Of a stretch of 53,568 bases of DNA, positions 29,863 to 38,458 are shown one piece after another. A program made the position numbers and the translations under genes. This stretch comes from Flexilinea sp. (GTDB lineage Bacteria > Chloroflexota > Anaerolineae > Anaerolineales > Anaerolineaceae). The stretch spans positions 1 through 53,568 of the forward strand of contig DAOUFB010000032.1 in NCBI GenBank assembly GCA_034430135.1, in the 5' to 3' direction. Position 1 is the stretch's first letter. Each line of letters begins with the position of its first letter. The notes under the pieces were generated by a model. It did not search any database. It was given only the letters and a program-made list of their open reading frames with translations, and was not told where the DNA came from.

Positions 29863-30807
29863 TCACTCTCCGCTTTTCAGGTCTTCAACAAAATCAACAA
29901 TAAATGGCGGGCGGCGGCGCGATGCATCGAGCGTCCGCCAGAGATATTCGGCAATGATCCCGAGGGAAATATTCGTTAACCCGAATCCAATCATCAGAAT
30001 CGACAACAGAGATGTCCAGCCGAGCGTCACTTCAGCGATCCCGCTGACCTTGACGACGATGACATATAAAGCCATCAAACCGCCGATCAAGGCGAATAAA
30101 AAGCCCAGGACAGAAACCATCCGAATCGGGAAATACGAGAAAGCGACGAACGAATCAATCATCAACTTCAGCTTTTTCCCGAAGCTCCATTTCGAAACCC
30201 CGCGCTTCCGCTCTGCATAGTCAACGTTTACGACAGCCTGCCGAAACCCGAGGCTAATGCATTGCAAAACGACGCTTGAATTTGCTTCAGGATTTTGAAT
30301 GAGCTGTTCCTTGACTTTCCGGTTGAAAAAGATCGTGTTAACACCCTTTTCGGGATAACCCGGGATCGCGTACCGCCGAATCAGGCTCGAATACATTCGG
30401 GAAAACGTTTCTTCGGACGCAGAAACCTGAACCGAATTCTTCTGAACGCAAACGAGGTCAAAGCCCGCCTGAATTTTCTCGTACCCAAGGCGGATAATTT
30501 CGAGCGGTTCCTGTAAATCCGCGCCCAGCCAGACACAGTTCGGCGCTTGCGCGGCGGCAAAACCCGCGCGGACGGCTGCATGGGAGCCGAAATTCCGCGA
30601 TAGTTTAACAACCTGAGCCGTAAAATGACGGAACTGCATGGAGCGCAGAACCGCGACCGAGCCGTCCGTCGAGCCGTCGTCAACGAAAACGACCTCGATC
30701 GGAACTTCCATCGTCGGAGCGAACGTCTCTAACGCCGTAATAAGGTCGGGAAGATTCTCCTCCTCGTTGAGGAAGGGTATGATGACCGATATTTCCGGAT
30801 TCGTCAT
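29863..30807 (-). CDS. GT2 polyprenyl-phosphate glycosyltransferase (GtrB/ArnC-like)
   Basis: VIIPFLNEE, VDDGSTD, SRNFG, GADLQEP (variant of DADLQDP), R..G.SKW, two C-terminal TM helices, EYLWR..RP. Confidence 0.92.
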   Translation of the reverse strand: MTNPEISVIIPFLNEEENLPDLITALETFAPTMEVPIEVVFVDDGSTDGSVAVLRSMQFRHFTAQVVKLSRNFGSHAAVRAGFAAAQAPNCVWLGADLQEPLEIIRLGYEKIQAGFDLVCVQKNSVQVSASEETFSRMYSSLIRRYAIPGYPEKGVNTIFFNRKVKEQLIQNPEANSSVVLQCISLGFRQAVVNVDYAERKRGVSKWSFGKKLKLMIDSFVAFSYFPIRMVSVLGFLFALIGGLMALYVIVVKVSGIAEVTLGWTSLLSILMIGFGLTNISLGIIAEYLWRTLDASRRRPPFIVDFVEDLKSGE

Positions 30808-31227
30808 TGTAAAGACCGGTTCCTTTTCAAAGTAATTTCCTAACGATAAAACAATGTTTTACCGTCTGCATTTTATCATAACCCCCGGACATATTCCCAA
30901 GCTTCGGGCTCACCCTGTTTCATGAAGCATAAATCATTCAGGACCATCAAGCGCCGCGTCCAAACGTTGCGATTCTCATTCCTTACATTCATTCCAAAAT
31001 CCGCCCCAGCCATAATCAGCGAATACTCTTTTCGTTCGGTAACTTTCATCCGGCACAAATCACGGAGAAAATCACTTCGGCAGCTTCTCTCATGACACAG
31101 CCCAATTCCAGCCAACAAAAAGGGGGGAAACCCAACTTAGCCTGAAAAATTGACATCGGAGTTCACAGCTTATCAAGTACAATATCCAAAACCGCGCCAT
31201 GGATCGGCAACGACGAAAGGAGAAACG

Positions 31228-32019
31228 ATGCACGAGAAGATTACTTCCGCTCAAAATCCAAAAATCCAACGCATTCGCAGGCTTATCACGCAAAAAAAAG
31301 CCCGTGATGAAGAAGCTGTCTTCGTCATCGAAGGCGTCCGCGTCGTCGAGGAAGCATTCCGCCAGAACGCACTCATCGAGTCCGTTTTCTACGCGGAACC
31401 CGTCAGCGCCCGCACCGCCGAGATTCTCGTCCAGGCAGAAAAAAACAGCGTACCGGTCTATGAAACGAGCGGCGGCTTGATCGACGCCATAACTGACACG
31501 CGCAACGCGCAGCCGCTCCTTTCCGTCGTCCGGAAGCGCGACCTGCCGCTGCCTAATGAACTGACCTTTCTCCTCGTCTTGGACGCGATTCACGATCCGG
31601 GCAACCTTGGAACGATCATCCGCACCGCCGCAGCGGTCGGCGTCGATTGCGTTCTCCTTGCACCTAACTGCACCGATCCGAGCGCGCCGAAAGTGCTTCG
31701 TTCCACCATGGGCGCGCAATTCTCCCTTCCGGTCTACGAACTGAACTGGGACGAACTCCGAACCTTTTTCGCGAACCGTCCGGAAATAACCGTCTATGCA
31801 TCCGCGCTCGACAGCGAGGCGGAAAACTTCTGGGATGCTGACTTGACCGGTCCGATCGCGCTGATTATCGGATCTGAAGCCGACGGAATCGGCGCAGACG
31901 CCGCCGCGCTCGCGCAGAAAAACCTCTACATCCCCATGACCAACCGCGTTGAATCCATGAATGCCGCCATCGCCAGCGCGATCTTAACCTACGAAGTTCG
32001 CCGTCAGCGAACCCTTTAA
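31228..32019 (+). CDS. TrmH/SpoU-family RNA 2'-O-methyltransferase
   Basis: DPGNLGTIIR, GSEADG, ESMNAAIA; AAGGAG RBS. Confidence 0.93.
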   Translation: MHEKITSAQNPKIQRIRRLITQKKARDEEAVFVIEGVRVVEEAFRQNALIESVFYAEPVSARTAEILVQAEKNSVPVYETSGGLIDAITDTRNAQPLLSVVRKRDLPLPNELTFLLVLDAIHDPGNLGTIIRTAAAVGVDCVLLAPNCTDPSAPKVLRSTMGAQFSLPVYELNWDELRTFFANRPEITVYASALDSEAENFWDADLTGPIALIIGSEADGIGADAAALAQKNLYIPMTNRVESMNAAIASAILTYEVRRQRTL

Positions 32020-32036
32020 ATCAGGAAGGACAACGC

Positions 32037-32618
32037 ATGGCTCAAACTCATCACTGCTCCGCGCCGGAATCGCTCGGCGAAAAAATCTCGAAAACCGACT
32101 GGCTCGATCTCGCGCTCGTCGCGTCTATCGACGGGACTGCCCATCTCGACGCACCGTCCTACGCAGTCTGGACACATCTTTCAAGGTCCGCAGCCCGCTC
32201 CAACCTTCGCTGTGAAATCGTGCTGATCGGGCGGAATTTATCTGAACAGGCATCAAAACTGACCGCCGTTGGCGCAGATCGGTTCTTCGTTTACGACGCT
32301 GATACGCTCGAAGCGTCAGCGGCTGCGCTCGAAGCGTTCTGCGTTGACTATAAACCCACCGTTTTGGCGTTCCCATCCGATCTTCGGGAACTCGCGGAAG
32401 CGCTCGCCGCGCGGATTCATCGCGTCACCGCCGCTTTGCATGATGGTTCGTTTGAGCTGAACCGAGCCAAAGATTTATGCCTGCCGGAGGATGCATCGGA
32501 GCGCGAACGGGTCACATCAACCCGTCCCCAACTCGTCGTCTGCAAACCGGATCTGACACCCGTCGCTTTAGAAACTGAACAGGCGCCGCTGCCCGAATTG
32601 TTTATTTGTTACCCGTGA
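32037..32618 (+). CDS. Divergent ETF-alpha N-terminal-domain-only protein
   Basis: GADRFFVYD, YKP, RELA..LAARI, RPQLVV resemble EtfA domain I; no FAD-binding domain. Confidence 0.55.
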   Translation: MAQTHHCSAPESLGEKISKTDWLDLALVASIDGTAHLDAPSYAVWTHLSRSAARSNLRCEIVLIGRNLSEQASKLTAVGADRFFVYDADTLEASAAALEAFCVDYKPTVLAFPSDLRELAEALAARIHRVTAALHDGSFELNRAKDLCLPEDASERERVTSTRPQLVVCKPDLTPVALETEQAPLPELFICYP

Positions 32619-32828
32619 GCTGCCGATAACCGGTTCGATCCGCTCTTTTTGGATTAAAAGACCGGCGAATCAAATCAGATTTAGATAGAACGAATGACCC
32701 GAGTTTTTGGACATTCGTCCCTGTTTGGTTGCCTTAAAACGCCTTAAACCACTATAATTTTATTAAGATTATTGAAGATTATCCCCTTCAAAACGGTTGA
32801 CGATCCAGACAAAAAGGAGGAAGACGGC

Positions 32829-34883
32829 ATGAAAAAAGCAATTCTCATTTCAACGATCATTTTGATCCTGATCCCCGTCGGGCTGGTCATGGCTGACCAC
32901 CAACCCGCGAAGACCGACGGACGGGTTATCCCGATTTCCCCAGCGGACATGTCAGCCGATTTTATCCAAATTCTCCTCGAAGGAGTTACACGGAACTGGT
33001 TACCGATGCCGTTTGGCGGTACCTACTATTATCGTGATCATTTCACGGTAGAGAAAAACGTCCGCGATAACGAATTGAAACTCTTTCGTCTTTTCGACCC
33101 CGAAGTTTCAGCGCAGGTTCTCTACGCAGAAATCACGCTCGAACGCTCGGGAGAAGACACGAACCCAGCTGAAAGCGCCTGCGGGTTCGTTTTCCGTGAC
33201 AACAACGAGCAACGGATCAGCGAACCGGACAACTTTCTCGTAACACAAATCGCAATGGATGGGAAAGATTCGTTTTGGGGGCTGAATTACGGTACGCTCG
33301 TAAATTACAGCCGAGAGGAATTTACTGAACCAAATCCAACAAATCAGAAACATAAGCTTGCGATTTTCGCCAACGGAATGAACGTTGTTGTCTTGATAGA
33401 TGGGGTCGAAATCCGAAATTTACTGGACGTTCCGGTCACGTCGGTCGGACAGATTTTTTATGCGATTAAATCTGAAAGCGCCTCTGGTTACGGGACGCGC
33501 TGTACCTTTGAAAACGTCTATCTCTTTGTCCCCGACACGCAGTCAATTTCAATCGTCAACCCGATCCATGAGGCTGAGTCGGTTCCGGGACCAGCTCCAA
33601 TTGTCTCAATTCCGCCGGAACTTATTCTCCCAACGGCGACCCATGAAGCGGATAACGGACCGTTCCCTGAACCGCCGTTCGGTCCGTTGACCACCCCCAT
33701 CTTTTATGAAACGCCCGACGACGAAGAAGGCGCGCACAATGTTGGAATGCCGACCGGCGATCCGTCCATTCCCAACCTCGGCATCAACGTTGATAATCTG
33801 GTCAGCGTAACGATCGAGCCTGTATCTCCGATTGATTCCGATCAGATCGACGAAATCCTGAACCCGCCGACGGAAACGCCATTTCCGACCCAGGTACCGA
33901 TTTATACGGAAGTCCCCACGTTTGAATCCATCTACTATCCGCCGTATAACCGCGAACTCGAAAGCCGAAAGTGCAATGAAAACACGGAAAAAGCGTTAGA
34001 GTGGGCGGTTGGAGAAAAAGCGCTCTACTGCAAGACAGCTTTTCCAGAAGGAACGTGGCAATACGACTATTGCCAAAATGTCGAAAAATTCCTCGAGGAC
34101 TGCGACAACGGGCACCTTCCATGGGATTTCCACAAATTCTGCCTTGAATTTGAACTGAACGCAAAAAAGGAAGGATACTCAACCGACACGGAAGAATGCC
34201 GGAAGCAGGTAGGACCGGACTGGGAATGGGATTGTTACGCGATCAATCAGGGATATGCCGCCTGTTCCTGGGATGAATCATATTTTCAGTCCACCTGCCG
34301 TCAGGTTCTCCTCAACCGGGAAAAGTATCAAAACAGCCCGGACCCCGCGTTCCAGAAACTCTACGATCTTTGCCATGGCTGCGAAAGATTTCTCAACGCG
34401 GACGAGTGCAACAATCCCTATTGGGAAAAACCACAGGACTGCTTTGATGTCCACATGCGCTGCGGCGATAATATTGACTACGTTCTCTGCAACAATTTAG
34501 ATCAGCTGGATTCATTAGGTTATGACCCGAGCCGCCTTCAGGGAATGTTCGAGTTCTGCAAGAGATGGGGGTTAATCGCGCCGGGCAGCCAGACAACCAT
34601 GATGGGACCCGGTGGAACGCCCATTTCTCCGGATGGATCAAAGAGTCTCCCGCCGGGGCTGGAGCTGCTCTTGCAGCCGACGTATGTGCCGACGCAGCCG
34701 ACGGTCGTGATATATCCGACGCCCGTTCCATGGAACCCGCCTGAACCAACGCCGGAGTCTTGGACTCCGCCGCAGCAGACTTTCGAGCCATGGAACCCGG
34801 ACACGATTTACAATCCGGGTGTCATCGACAACGTCGTCATCCCGGGCTTCCTTTTTCCATCGCCGACACCGGTAATCAGATAG
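32829..34883 (+). CDS. Secreted hypothetical protein: lectin/DUF1080-like beta-sandwich, Pro/Thr linker, Cys-rich domain, Pro/Thr tail
   Basis: AGGAGG RBS; signal peptide; CGFVFR...HKLAIFANG..IDG...FENVYL; 16 Cys encoded in 33972-34559. Confidence 0.8.
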   Translation: MKKAILISTIILILIPVGLVMADHQPAKTDGRVIPISPADMSADFIQILLEGVTRNWLPMPFGGTYYYRDHFTVEKNVRDNELKLFRLFDPEVSAQVLYAEITLERSGEDTNPAESACGFVFRDNNEQRISEPDNFLVTQIAMDGKDSFWGLNYGTLVNYSREEFTEPNPTNQKHKLAIFANGMNVVVLIDGVEIRNLLDVPVTSVGQIFYAIKSESASGYGTRCTFENVYLFVPDTQSISIVNPIHEAESVPGPAPIVSIPPELILPTATHEADNGPFPEPPFGPLTTPIFYETPDDEEGAHNVGMPTGDPSIPNLGINVDNLVSVTIEPVSPIDSDQIDEILNPPTETPFPTQVPIYTEVPTFESIYYPPYNRELESRKCNENTEKALEWAVGEKALYCKTAFPEGTWQYDYCQNVEKFLEDCDNGHLPWDFHKFCLEFELNAKKEGYSTDTEECRKQVGPDWEWDCYAINQGYAACSWDESYFQSTCRQVLLNREKYQNSPDPAFQKLYDLCHGCERFLNADECNNPYWEKPQDCFDVHMRCGDNIDYVLCNNLDQLDSLGYDPSRLQGMFEFCKRWGLIAPGSQTTMMGPGGTPISPDGSKSLPPGLELLLQPTYVPTQPTVVIYPTPVPWNPPEPTPESWTPPQQTFEPWNPDTIYNPGVIDNVVIPGFLFPSPTPVIR

Positions 34884-34912
34884 GCGCTGTCAGTCCGTTT
34901 TCATCCATGAAT

Positions 34913-34939
34913 CAGCCTCGCGCAATGCGGGGCTGTTTT
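34913..34939 (+). terminator. Intrinsic terminator
   Basis: cagcctcgc-gcaat-gcggggctg-tttt. Confidence 0.75.
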
Positions 34940-35071
34940 CCGTCTCCTTAACGGAGATTTTTTTCATAAGTTTCAGTTCGTCACTTCGGGTCAGGCATAT
35001 TTACTGAATAACAGCTTCGTAAACGACCGCTTCACGGCAACGGACATTCCCATACAAAGACTGATTTCATT

Positions 35072-35115
35072 TTCGTTTGAAATCCAACGAAACGATTTAG
35101 TTAGTTAGGTATAAT
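35072..35115 (+). promoter_or_regulatory. Putative promoter (TATAAT at 35110-35115) with an upstream inverted repeat tttcgtt-N8-aacgaaa
   Basis: Direct sequence inspection. Confidence 0.45.
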
Positions 35116-35189
35116 CAAGCCAGTTAAAAAACAGGACAACCGCAACCGGCAAAAACCGAGCAAGTCCTGAACCCAAAAGAGGAAAAGAC

Positions 35190-36437
35190 ATGAACACGTT
35201 TTTTAACCTGAACGAAAAAGTTTACGACGTAACCGAAAAATATCCGCAGGTTCTCGATCTCCTGATTTTAAAGGGATTCGAAAACCTGCGCAACGCCGCC
35301 ATGCGCAAGACGCTCGGGCGGACAATTACGGTCGAACAAGCGCTCAAAATGAAGAAAATCGATCTGGATCTCTTCGACGAAGAAGTCGAATCCATCCTCG
35401 GAAAGCGAAAGCTCCAACTTTCCGACGGACTGACTCAGGCTCAGTATCAAAGCGAAACGGCTCAGTTCTCTATCGAAGGCGTCTTGCCCTGTCCCGTAAA
35501 GCTCCAGCTGTTAGAAAAGCTCGAAACGTTTATCGGGGAAGAAAACCTCGAAGTCAACCTGGATCTTCAATCCGCCAGTCTTGGGCTCGACCATATCATC
35601 GACAAAGTCCGTGAGGCAAAGAGCGAGGACGATCTTGCCGATATTTATATGTCGGTCGGATTTAACCTGTTCTTCGATAAAGACCTGATCGGGCGCTGGA
35701 TGGACCAAGGCGTCTTTAAAGATCAATCCGGTTGGGAACGCCTTAACCCCGATTTTGAAAATGCACATCTCAACCTCCGCGACCCGCGCGGGCAATATTC
35801 GATTATCGGCGTTGTTCCCGCGGTCATCGTCGTCAATACGAACCTGCTCGGCGATCGCCCCATGCCGAAAAGCTGGGCGGATCTCCTGAAACCGGAATTC
35901 AGGAATTCCATCGCGCTGCCGGTCAAAGACCTCGACATGTTCAACGCCGTCATGCTCGGATTCTATAAACTTTTCGGATTTGAAGGCATCCAAAAATTGG
36001 GGAAAAACCTGCTGGAGGGAATGCACCCGGCGCAAATGGTCAAAGGCGCAAAGTCACAGCAAGGCGCCGCTCCCGCACTGTCCATCGCCCCGTATTTCTT
36101 CGCAACAATGGCGAAAGAAAACGGTCCGCTCCAATACGTCTGGCCGGAAGACGGCGCGATCATCAGCCCAATTTTCCTGATTACGAAAGCGTCGGCTCGC
36201 GATCGGATTAAAAAGGCCGTCGAGTTCCTTTATTCCCGCGATGTCGCCGAAACGATTTACGTCGAGGGAAAATTCCCGTCGACGAATCCCAACCTCGATA
36301 ACCGACTGACCGACATGCAAAAATTCATCTGGGTCGGATGGGACACAATTTATAACGAAGATGTCAGCGAAATTCTGCGCAAGGCAGAAGAAGCTTTCTA
36401 CGGTTCACCCGTGATTAAACTTGGAGGAAACGCATGA
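35190..36437 (+). CDS. DUF1858-like domain fused to a solute-binding-protein fold (AfuA/PotD-like); no signal peptide
   Basis: N-terminal V..V.EKYP..GF...T.EQA...ID; LPCPVK; PKSWADLLKPE; WPEDGAIISP. Confidence 0.8.
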   Translation: MNTFFNLNEKVYDVTEKYPQVLDLLILKGFENLRNAAMRKTLGRTITVEQALKMKKIDLDLFDEEVESILGKRKLQLSDGLTQAQYQSETAQFSIEGVLPCPVKLQLLEKLETFIGEENLEVNLDLQSASLGLDHIIDKVREAKSEDDLADIYMSVGFNLFFDKDLIGRWMDQGVFKDQSGWERLNPDFENAHLNLRDPRGQYSIIGVVPAVIVVNTNLLGDRPMPKSWADLLKPEFRNSIALPVKDLDMFNAVMLGFYKLFGFEGIQKLGKNLLEGMHPAQMVKGAKSQQGAAPALSIAPYFFATMAKENGPLQYVWPEDGAIISPIFLITKASARDRIKKAVEFLYSRDVAETIYVEGKFPSTNPNLDNRLTDMQKFIWVGWDTIYNEDVSEILRKAEEAFYGSPVIKLGGNA

Positions 36438-37123
36438 ATCTAACCATTTTCTCAGGTCCGCCCTCATCCGGAAAGACGTCGGTCATCCTAAAAACAATCG
36501 ACTCCTTTCACCGCCGCGGGTTAAAAGTCGGCGTCGTCAAGTTTGATTGCCTGTATACCGACGATGATGCGCTTTACGAAAAAGCCGGAATCCCCGTCCG
36601 TAAAGGACTTTCCGGCGGTCTCTGTCCGGATCATTTTTTCGCTTCCAATATCGAAGATGTCGTTAAATGGGGGCTGAAAGAAGGACTCGATCTCCTGATC
36701 AGCGAATCCGCCGGGCTCTGCAACCGCTGTTCTCCGTACCTCGCCGACGTGAAAGCTGTCTGTGTCATCGATAACCTTTCCGGAATCAATACGCCGAAGA
36801 AAATCGGTCCCATGCTGAAAGCCGCGGATATCGTCGTCATCACCAAAGGCGATATCGTTTCGCAAGCTGAACGTGAGGTTTTCGCATCTCGTGTCAGCGC
36901 TGTCAACCCTCGCGCGATAGTCATGCATATCAACGGGCTTTCCGGTCAAGGCGCGCATGAGCTTAGCACACTGCTCTACACGGAAAACGCTCAACTTGAA
37001 TCCGTCCAAGGCATGAAACTGCGCTTCCCTATGCCGTCAGCGATGTGCTCCTATTGCCTCGGCGAAACCCGAATCGGTGAATCGTATCAGCTCGGGAACT
37101 CGAAGAAAATGAATTGGGAATAA
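36434..37123 (+). CDS. G3E-family (HypB/UreG/CobW-like) GTPase
   Basis: SGPPSSGKT, ESAG, TKGD; Cys/His motifs LCPDH, CNRC, CSYC; ATGA coupling to the upstream gene. Confidence 0.88.
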   Translation: MNLTIFSGPPSSGKTSVILKTIDSFHRRGLKVGVVKFDCLYTDDDALYEKAGIPVRKGLSGGLCPDHFFASNIEDVVKWGLKEGLDLLISESAGLCNRCSPYLADVKAVCVIDNLSGINTPKKIGPMLKAADIVVITKGDIVSQAEREVFASRVSAVNPRAIVMHINGLSGQGAHELSTLLYTENAQLESVQGMKLRFPMPSAMCSYCLGETRIGESYQLGNSKKMNWE

Positions 37124-37141
37124 AGGACTAGTCATCAGATT

Positions 37142-38155
37142 ATGAAATCACGAACAATTCAACAGATTTTAGAAAAATACCCTTTCGTTCAGGAGTTCTT
37201 TGATCAGAACCGCCTGAACGTCAAAGGGCACGAGGAAGAGACTTTCGCAGAATTTCTCGCTGGGTTCAGTGAAGAAGAAATCGAGGACAACGCGATTCGC
37301 CGCGATACGCTCGAAGAAGAATTGGCGCTTTATATTAACCAGATCAAAGAATTCCTCGGGATCGAAAACGATGCAGCTGTCCGCTCGCTGACGATTTTAG
37401 CGGGACATGATAAAAACCAGACGCCCGAAACGTATGGGCGCATCGACATTTTCCCATCCCAAATTGTCTCGATCGTCGGTCCGACCGGATCCGGGAAAAG
37501 CCGGCTTCTCGCCGATATTGAATGGGCGGCGCAGAACGACACCCCGACCGGACGCACGATCCAGATCAACGGAGAAAAGCCTGATCTGAAATGGCGCTAT
37601 TCATCGAATCATAAACTCGTCGCCCAGCTCTCGCAGAACATGAACTTTATCATGGATCTCAGCGCCGGTGATTTTATCGATATGCATGCCGAAAGCCGCA
37701 TGGTTGAGAACCGCGCCGAAGTTAAAGCTCGGATTCTCGCGGAGGCGAATCGGCTCGCGGGCGAAGCGTTCAGTGAATCAACGCCGGTAACCGGGCTTAG
37801 CGGCGGTCAGTCGCGCGCCCTGATGATCGCGGATACCGCTTTCCTATCCTCATCGCCGATTGTCCTGATTGATGAAATTGAAAACGCCGGGATTGACCGG
37901 CGAAAAGCGCTCGAGCTCCTCGTCTCTCAGGATAAAATCGTCCTGATGGCGACCCATGACCCGCTTTTAGCGCTCATGGCGGATCGGCGCATCGTTATCC
38001 AAAACGGCGGTATCGCGAATATTCTGGATACCAGCGCGGAAGAAAAAGAACTCCTGAAAGCGCTCGATAAAGTCGACCGCGTCATGCAGGAGGCGCGGCG
38101 GAAACTCCGCGCGGGCGGTCGCCTTAGCGCGGAAGACGGAAAGATTCGAGATTAA
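37142..38155 (+). CDS. ABC-type ATPase with N-terminal DUF1858-like domain and no TM domain
   Basis: GPTGSGKS, LSGGQ, VLIDE, ATHD; N-terminal TIQQILEKYPFV..FF. Confidence 0.88.
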   Translation: MKSRTIQQILEKYPFVQEFFDQNRLNVKGHEEETFAEFLAGFSEEEIEDNAIRRDTLEEELALYINQIKEFLGIENDAAVRSLTILAGHDKNQTPETYGRIDIFPSQIVSIVGPTGSGKSRLLADIEWAAQNDTPTGRTIQINGEKPDLKWRYSSNHKLVAQLSQNMNFIMDLSAGDFIDMHAESRMVENRAEVKARILAEANRLAGEAFSESTPVTGLSGGQSRALMIADTAFLSSSPIVLIDEIENAGIDRRKALELLVSQDKIVLMATHDPLLALMADRRIVIQNGGIANILDTSAEEKELLKALDKVDRVMQEARRKLRAGGRLSAEDGKIRD

Positions 38156-38399
38156 CGTCCTCCCCTAAAGCAGGAGAGTCCGCAGGCAAATCATGGGGCT
38201 CGGGGCTCGTCCCCGGAAAGAATAGAGAGGAACCTCTCCACTAAGAATCAAAAAAATCGAGATGGACGGACCCCCGAAAGCGATAAGCGAGGGGGAGACA
38301 TGACCATCTCGATACTTCACACAAATTCACGCTGCTTTTTTATGCCGAAGGCATTTTGGGTCGGACTCATGGACAGCTCAATCCAAATCCGAACCAGGC

Positions 38400-38441
38400 A
38401 AATTCCGTACCGAAACGGAAAATCCAATCGGTACGGAATTT
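38400..38441. terminator. Perfect 14-bp hairpin just downstream of ygeW
   Basis: aaattccgtaccga...tcggtacggaattt. Confidence 0.7.
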
Positions 38442-38458
38442 ATTTTAGATCGAGGAGA

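Noticed and set aside
30808..31227. 420-bp divergent intergenic region with small ORFs (30876-31118)
   Set aside because: No convincing RBS, motif or RNA structure; the TTGACA and TACAAT are 22 nt apart, so not a canonical promoter pair.
34369..34386. c-type heme motif in the Cys-rich protein
   Set aside because: The sequence is CHGCE, not CxxCH.
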